Below are positions 24,564 to 29,719 of a DNA stretch of 29,719 bases, piece by piece. Location: assembly GCA_043767805.1 (NCBI GenBank), contig JAYUGC010000101.1:1-29719 (forward strand), read 5' to 3'. This DNA comes from Pseudomonadota bacterium. Lineage in GTDB: Bacteria > Bdellovibrionota > FAC87 > UBA2466. The notes below the pieces were generated by a model. The model saw only the letters and a program-made list of their open reading frames with translations. It did no database searches and was not told where the DNA came from. The translations under genes and the position numbers were made by a program. How positions within the stretch are numbered: the first letter of the stretch is position 1; each line of letters begins with the position of its first letter.

Positions 24564-25661
24564 ATGCGCTTCTTACATGTCCGGCAAGCTAGGCATCACA
24601 TGGCGACGACTTTTACGTTTACGATCGCCTGCCCGGACGATCGCGCCTCAGCTGCTCGCCAAGTGCTCGAGGAAGCACACGCCGAAGTGGCTCGTCTGGA
24701 GCGCGAGCTTTCAGAATTTTTAAAAGATAGCCCGGTGGCCCGCTGGAATGCCTCTCTTGCTGGGGAGGCGGTGGAGTTTACCGCCGACGGACTCGGTCTT
24801 TGGAGACTCTCCGTGCGGATGTCGAAAGAAACGAGTGGGGCGTTTCATCCGCTGGCCAAAAGCCAGCCGCCCGGAAATTGCGACGAGGTCCAGCAAGTGG
24901 GAAACCAGCTGGTCAAAAGTCGCGCCGGGCTTTGGATGGGATTTGGCGCCATCGGAAAAGGTTTCGCTTTGGATAAAGTCAGGGCCTTGGTCGAGCAAGC
25001 GGGGTTTACGGACTATCTGCTTTCGGCCGGCGGTTCCTCTCAGATTCTCTCCGGGTTTTCCTCTCCAGGGGATCCGTGGTGCTGGGGCTGGAGCTGGAAG
25101 AAAGACGAAGTTGGCGACGCGCTAGGCATTCCGCTCTTACATGCGTCGGGAGTGCCCATAGCTTTGGGCGTCAGCGGTTTCCACGAAAAGGGACGACACA
25201 TCTTGGACCCCAAAACCGGCCTCGCCATTCCCGTCTGGGCACACAGCGCGTGCATCGCCGCGCCTTCGGCGGCCGAGGCCGACGCGCTCTCCACCGCGCT
25301 CATGGTGTCGGAGGGCAAGTCCGTTCACGGCGAGACCGCGAAAGCGGTCATTGACGGAGAAGGCGTGCCGCATTGGAACGAAGGATTTCAAAAGCTCTGG
25401 GGTGCGCTCGCTTCGTTCCTTTTCCTGTGGCTCCTTGCGTGGCCAACGCTTGCCGCCGCGGCCGATGAGTTGGAAATCACCGAAGAAGCCGTCGATCTTA
25501 CGAGCCTAGGCGTGCAGAGCTTCATGCCGTACTCCCTCGATCGGCAATCGCTTTGGATTCTTTTACCGCTCGTTTCCTTGTTTTTCGTAATGCTTCATTT
25601 GATGAAGGGCCCGCGAAAAAAGATTCAACTAAAAACCGTCGATCCCGGGAGAGATGAATGA
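24564..25661 (+). CDS. apbE: FAD:protein FMN transferase (ApbE family) with C-terminal two-TM extension
   Basis: Start likely ATG 24564. MATTF, LSEF..DS.V, SGAF, GAIGKGFALD, SG, HILDPKTG, ADALSTAL. About 90 extra C-terminal aa with two hydrophobic segments. Confidence 0.85.
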   Translation: MRFLHVRQARHHMATTFTFTIACPDDRASAARQVLEEAHAEVARLERELSEFLKDSPVARWNASLAGEAVEFTADGLGLWRLSVRMSKETSGAFHPLAKSQPPGNCDEVQQVGNQLVKSRAGLWMGFGAIGKGFALDKVRALVEQAGFTDYLLSAGGSSQILSGFSSPGDPWCWGWSWKKDEVGDALGIPLLHASGVPIALGVSGFHEKGRHILDPKTGLAIPVWAHSACIAAPSAAEADALSTALMVSEGKSVHGETAKAVIDGEGVPHWNEGFQKLWGALASFLFLWLLAWPTLAAAADELEITEEAVDLTSLGVQSFMPYSLDRQSLWILLPLVSLFFVMLHLMKGPRKKIQLKTVDPGRDE

Positions 25662-26158
25662 CCCTCGATATCCGTAAAGGCATCTGTGCCGTGTTCCTGC
25701 TTTTGTCGCTCGACTCCGCGTTCGGAGTAGAGTTCGAAAAACTCGGTACCGCCGTGGAAAAAGCGCTCGGCACCGGCAAGGCCTTCAAGACTTCGGTGAA
25801 GTTCAAGGGCAAGGCCACCACGGTGTTCTATTCGAAGGGCGCGAACGGCAAGTCCGATAAGTTCGCGGTCGTTCAGAACGGTCTCTATGAGCCGAACTGC
25901 ACGCACACTTGGGTAGTGGGCCTTGATCACAGCGCGCAGGTGCAAGACATCCGCGTCGTCGAGATGAGCTGCTCGCACGCTTTTCCGACGAAGGAAGAGA
26001 GCTACCTCGGCCAGTACAAGGGCAAGGGCCCGGCGGACGCCGCGAAATTAAAAGGGCAGGTCCACACCGTCGCCAAAGCGACCGGAAGCTCCGACTTGAC
26101 GACGGAGGCGGTGGTCACGTCCATCTCTATCGTCGACAAGCTCAAGGGCAAGCTCTGA
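25658..26158 (+). CDS. Secreted FMN-binding domain protein (RnfG/NqrC/NosR FMN_bind-like)
   Basis: Signal peptide. VVGLD....VQDIRVVE, YLGQYKGK, VHTVAKATGSS..TEAV (position of the SGAT-type motif). ATGA overlap with apbE. Confidence 0.72.
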   Translation: MTLDIRKGICAVFLLLSLDSAFGVEFEKLGTAVEKALGTGKAFKTSVKFKGKATTVFYSKGANGKSDKFAVVQNGLYEPNCTHTWVVGLDHSAQVQDIRVVEMSCSHAFPTKEESYLGQYKGKGPADAAKLKGQVHTVAKATGSSDLTTEAVVTSISIVDKLKGKL

Positions 26159-26159
26159 T

Positions 26160-27710
26160 ATGACCTTTGGGGTCCCCACACGCAGAATCCGCATTGTCGT
26201 GCAGACGCTGGTGTTCGCCCTCTGGGTGGCGCTGATTCTCGCGACGAAGTACCCAATGGAGTCCTGGCTGGCGAAGCACGTGCCGGTCTCGCTGCTTCTG
26301 CGCATCGATCCGCTCGTGATGACGGTAGTGTGCGGGGGAATGCGCATGGGAGTGACGATCACGTTGCTTGGCGCGGTCACGCTCGCCGTGAGTCTTCTTC
26401 TGGGACGCGTGTTCTGCGGGTGGGTTTGCCCCCTGGGAGCGATCTTCGATTTTTACGGCTGGTTTCTTCGCCGCATGGGAGTGAAGTTCTTCGGCCCTTC
26501 GCCGTGGTTCTTTCGCTTCAAGTACTATCTGCTAGCCGCCATTCTCATTTTCGCGGTGCTGGGGGGAGTGAGCCCGCTCATGGGCTTCGATCCCATCGTG
26601 CTGCTCACCCGGACCGCGGCGACCGTGCTCGATCCGTTCTGGATGAAGCGCGGGGAGATTCTCTGGCAGGTGACGACCAATCCCGCGAACCATGGCCATT
26701 TTATCGACGTGGCGACGCTGATTCTCTTTATCGGTATCATGGCGAGCACGACCAAGGTCTCCCGCATCTGGTGCCGCACGGCTTGCCCGCTCGGTGCGTA
26801 CCTCGCGGTGGCGAGCCGCAACTCGGTCCTTCGCCGGGATACGCAAAACTGCATTCACTGTAATATCTGCGCTCAGAATTGCCCGACGGGGGCCATCAAT
26901 TTTCAAAACGAAGAGATCTATAACGAATCGGAATGCATCAAGTGCTTCAGCTGTTCGCAGGAGTGCCCGGTCGATGCGAACTTCTTCACGTTCAAATCGC
27001 CCGTTCCGGCGTTCTCTCCGTCGCAGCATCCGGTCTCTCTCGATAGACGTTCCATGGTGGTCACTTCGGTGGCCGCGCTCATGGCGGCTCCCGCGCTGCG
27101 GCTGTCGGCGGGCGAGCCCGGAAGGCACAAGACGCTCATTCGGCCGCCCATGAGCCAAAAAGAGCGCGATTTTCTCGCAAGCTGTATCCGCTGCACGGAA
27201 TGCATCAAGGCTTGTCCCACCGGGATCTTGAAGCCCGCGGGCTTGGAGTTCGGCCTGCGCTCGCTTTGGACGCCCGTGATGGTGCCGACCGAAGCTCCTT
27301 GTCAGCCGGGCTGCAACGCTTGCTCCGAAGCGTGTCCCACGGATGCGATTTTGAAATACCCGATTGAGAAGAAGTACACGTACAAATCGGGAACGGCGTA
27401 TTTCGAGCCCTCCCGCTGCGTCGCCGTCGTCGACAACAAGTATTGTAACGAATGCGTGAAGGCGTGCCCCACTCAGGCGATCCCTATCCGTCCCGGGTGG
27501 GAACCGCCCGGTGGTCACGGGGCCGACGCGCCCGCGCCCGAGGGACAGCTATCGAGCCGGCCCATGACCGTACTGTTCGATAAGTGCATCGGCTGCGGCG
27601 CGTGCGAGTTCGAGTGCAATAAAATCGTTTTTGGGAAGCCCGCGATGGTGACCACCTCCTATGGACGGACGAATCCGTCCAGCGTCGGTGACACGCCATT
27701 GCCTTTGTAA
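26160..27710 (+). CDS. Membrane polyferredoxin: NapH/MauN-like domain fused to NapG/MauM-like domain
   Basis: About 5 N-terminal TMs, GRVFCGWVCPLG and RIWCRTACPLG, two CxxCxxCxxxCP, then RR+TM, RPP, and four more 4Fe-4S-type Cys clusters. Confidence 0.9.
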   Translation: MTFGVPTRRIRIVVQTLVFALWVALILATKYPMESWLAKHVPVSLLLRIDPLVMTVVCGGMRMGVTITLLGAVTLAVSLLLGRVFCGWVCPLGAIFDFYGWFLRRMGVKFFGPSPWFFRFKYYLLAAILIFAVLGGVSPLMGFDPIVLLTRTAATVLDPFWMKRGEILWQVTTNPANHGHFIDVATLILFIGIMASTTKVSRIWCRTACPLGAYLAVASRNSVLRRDTQNCIHCNICAQNCPTGAINFQNEEIYNESECIKCFSCSQECPVDANFFTFKSPVPAFSPSQHPVSLDRRSMVVTSVAALMAAPALRLSAGEPGRHKTLIRPPMSQKERDFLASCIRCTECIKACPTGILKPAGLEFGLRSLWTPVMVPTEAPCQPGCNACSEACPTDAILKYPIEKKYTYKSGTAYFEPSRCVAVVDNKYCNECVKACPTQAIPIRPGWEPPGGHGADAPAPEGQLSSRPMTVLFDKCIGCGACEFECNKIVFGKPAMVTTSYGRTNPSSVGDTPLPL

Positions 27711-27732
27711 GGAATGGGTTTAGGATACGGCC

Positions 27733-27939
27733 ATGCTTGGAATCGGAGAAATTTTCGTAATCGGGGCCGCCATCGTGATCTTTTTCACCTGGCGCCGCCT
27801 TCCGGAAGCCATCAAGTCGGCCAAGAAGTCCGCGAAACTTTTTAAAAGTGAGCTGAAGGGCGAAGGCGATACGCCCGCGGTCCGAGACGTGAATCGCCCG
27901 GCAATTAATAAAGAGAATCCGAAAGACTCTCGAAAGTGA
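27733..27939 (+). CDS. Divergent TatA/E/B-family protein
   Basis: 68 aa. G.GE+TM, then RRLPE, amphipathic helix and FK.EL. Directly upstream of tatA-tatC. Confidence 0.7.
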   Translation: MLGIGEIFVIGAAIVIFFTWRRLPEAIKSAKKSAKLFKSELKGEGDTPAVRDVNRPAINKENPKDSRK

Positions 27940-27949
27940 GGTTGGTCTA

Positions 27950-28177
27950 ATGTTCAATTTAGGTTTGCCTGAAATGATTGTGATCGGAATAGCGGCGCTG
28001 CTCCTGTTCGGCCCGAAGCGCTTGCCGGAGCTCGCCAAAAGCTTGGGCAAAGGCATTCGCGACTTCAAAAAGGCCGTAGCCGGCGAAGACGACGAGGCCA
28101 AGGGGCATATCGCCAAGCCTGGTGAGACCGTGGAAACCACGAAAGAAGGCGAGAAGAGTGAGCACAAAGCCGACTGA
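27950..28177 (+). CDS. tatA: Twin-arginine translocase subunit TatA
   Basis: MFNLGLPEM...LLLFGPKRLPELAKSLGKGIRDFKKA. SD GAGG. Confidence 0.93.
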   Translation: MFNLGLPEMIVIGIAALLLFGPKRLPELAKSLGKGIRDFKKAVAGEDDEAKGHIAKPGETVETTKEGEKSEHKAD

Positions 28178-28967
28178 TCTCCCGGCGGAGCTTTCTTCCG
28201 AAGGGACGCAGTCCGAGACCGCGGACGCGCATGCGCCGGAAGAAACACGCATGGCGCTTTGGGAGCACCTGGACGAGCTCCGCGGCGCCATCATCCGATC
28301 GCTGCTGGCGATAGGTCTTGGCCTTTGCGCGACCTACGCCTATGCCGGGCGGATCATGCTCTTTCTCGAGAAGCCGCTTCTCGACGTGCTTCCGAAGGAC
28401 CAGGCGAAGCTCTACTTCACGGGCGTCGCCGATAAGTTCGTCATCTACATCAAGGTCGCGGTACTTGCTTCCGTCGCCTTGACCGCGCCCTATCTGCTTT
28501 GGGAAATCTGGCGCTTCGTCGCGCCGGCGCTTTATCGACACGAAAAGAAGTTTGTCGCGCCGTTTTTGATTTTGGGAACAATTGCCTTTTTTACGGGCCT
28601 CGCGTTCTCCTATTACATCGTCGTTCCCTACGGTTATAAGTTCCTGATCGAGTTCGGGGCCGATAATCCGCAAGAGCAAGCCATCATCACGCTGACGGAT
28701 TACTTCGATCTCACCATCAAGATGCTTCTCGCCCTCGGCCTCGTTTTCGAATTGCCAGTCGTCATGGTACTGCTCGGAAAAATCGGCATCGTGCGCGCGG
28801 ATTTTCTGACGAAGTACCGTCGTCATGCGTTCTTGGCAATTTCCGTGGGCTCGGCGATCCTGACGCCGTCCCCTGACGCCTTTACGCTCGTTCTCGTGAT
28901 GATCCCGCTCTACCTGCTCTACGAGCTCAGTATCATCGGCGTGCGCTGGGTTCAGCCCAAACTGTAA
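28158..28967 (+). CDS. tatC: Twin-arginine translocase subunit TatC
   Basis: Start likely GTG 28158. M.LWEHLDELR, W.FVAPALY.HEK, FELP, RRHA, LTPSPD, LYE.SI; six TMs. Confidence 0.95.
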   Translation: MSTKPTDLPAELSSEGTQSETADAHAPEETRMALWEHLDELRGAIIRSLLAIGLGLCATYAYAGRIMLFLEKPLLDVLPKDQAKLYFTGVADKFVIYIKVAVLASVALTAPYLLWEIWRFVAPALYRHEKKFVAPFLILGTIAFFTGLAFSYYIVVPYGYKFLIEFGADNPQEQAIITLTDYFDLTIKMLLALGLVFELPVVMVLLGKIGIVRADFLTKYRRHAFLAISVGSAILTPSPDAFTLVLVMIPLYLLYELSIIGVRWVQPKL

Positions 28968-28975
28968 AGTCCTCT

Positions 28976-29719
28976 ATGCTCCTTCTACTAGCTAAATTTT
29001 CACTTGGTTTGGCCGTCTATGGGGCCGCTCCGGGCGTCAAGCCGCCGACTTTCGACTGCGTCGACTCGGACAAGGTGACTTACAAGATTTGGATCGGCCG
29101 GGGCAAGAACCTGATTCGTATCGTCGATAAAGGGAAAGCGAGAGAGCTTGCGCTTTCTGGGGCGAATATCATGCGTCCGGTAAGACCGGGGGAGCCGCTT
29201 CGCTATACCGGCTGGAACCCCAAGGGTAAGACGATTTTCAATCTACTGGATGGCTCGTTGGAATTCTCAACGGAATACCTAGTAGAGAATCAGTCGAGCC
29301 GCGTGAGGGTGTCGCTGTTCGTAGATAGCAAAGAGAAAACGGGACTCGTTTGCCAATCTACCGGGGTCTCGACGACGGTAGTTGCCCTCGATAAAGAGGT
29401 TCAGCTGGCCGAACGGTACGCCATCCTGATGGACGAAGTCGTCGCCTTGCGTACGACAGAGGGGCTGCTGAAGCCAATTGCCGTGCAAAGAATGGAAAGC
29501 GTTATCCGCCGGATGTATCTCGCGCCGGAGCTCAAGAAGGGACCGGATCGGGGCAAGCTCGTTGAGGTGGCGGGCCCAGTCATCAAGGACGTCGATCCTC
29601 GCAGCGCCACGTTGCTCGGGGCTCGCTTGCGTGGGCCTATTGGAGATTTCTGGAAGCAGCTCCTGGAGGACATGAAGTACAAGTATTTTCCGGATTACTC
29701 GCGCTGCGCTTCTTGGGTG
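28976..29719 (+). CDS. Hypothetical, probably secreted protein (partial, runs off the window end)
   Basis: My manual translation gives 248 uninterrupted codons from ATG 28976 (MLLLLAKFSLGLAVYGAAPGVKPPTFDC...) to the window edge. It is missing from the ORF track because there is no stop. Starts 8 nt after tatC. Confidence 0.65.
   Translation, partial: MLLLLAKFSLGLAVYGAAPGVKPPTFDCVDSDKVTYKIWIGRGKNLIRIVDKGKARELALSGANIMRPVRPGEPLRYTGWNPKGKTIFNLLDGSLEFSTEYLVENQSSRVRVSLFVDSKEKTGLVCQSTGVSTTVVALDKEVQLAERYAILMDEVVALRTTEGLLKPIAVQRMESVIRRMYLAPELKKGPDRGKLVEVAGPVIKDVDPRSATLLGARLRGPIGDFWKQLLEDMKYKYFPDYSRCASWV

Noticed and set aside
25658..25726. IRKG in the FMN-binding protein signal peptide as a Tat motif
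   Set aside because: Single Arg and no F-L; looks like an ordinary Sec signal.
26160..26200. N-terminal TRRIR of the polyferredoxin as a Tat signal
   Set aside because: Basic residues before TM1 (R..VQ) are typical of NapH-like proteins; the internal RR is the better candidate.
23682..27710. Calling the cluster rnf, nqr, nos or nap
   Set aside because: No RnfA/C/D/E, NqrB/D/E, NosZ or NapA genes are present; only shared domains.

Overview
GC-rich bacterial chromosomal window with about 28 genes. The many secreted or Gly-rich proteins suggest a Bdellovibrionota/deltaproteobacterium-like organism, but that is inference only. I saw no rRNA, tRNA, CRISPR or mobile element. Left part: S9 peptidase, HAD hydrolase, a secreted and much shortened neprilysin (M13)-like metallopeptidase with a small secreted partner, and a thioester-bearing alpha-2-macroglobulin with no adjacent pbpC. 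Middle: a secreted protein/YceI/heme-c beta-barrel operon, OlsB-like GNAT, M14-like peptidase, alpha/beta hydrolase, TPR protein, LpxQ-like barrel, slyD, DUF2799-like lipoprotein, PlsC-like acyltransferase, APC permease, DmpA peptidase, collagen-like lipoprotein and a stand-alone GspE/PilB N-domain-like protein. Right part, the most interesting locus: a co-oriented cluster of FNR-type reductase, ApbE with an unusual C-terminal two-helix anchor, FMN-binding protein with a non-canonical flavinylation motif, NapH+NapG-fused polyferredoxin with an internal twin-arginine signal, then tatA-like, tatA and tatC. It looks like a flavin/Fe-S transmembrane electron conduit encoded next to its export machinery. 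All family calls come from motif recognition by eye; no database searches were run.
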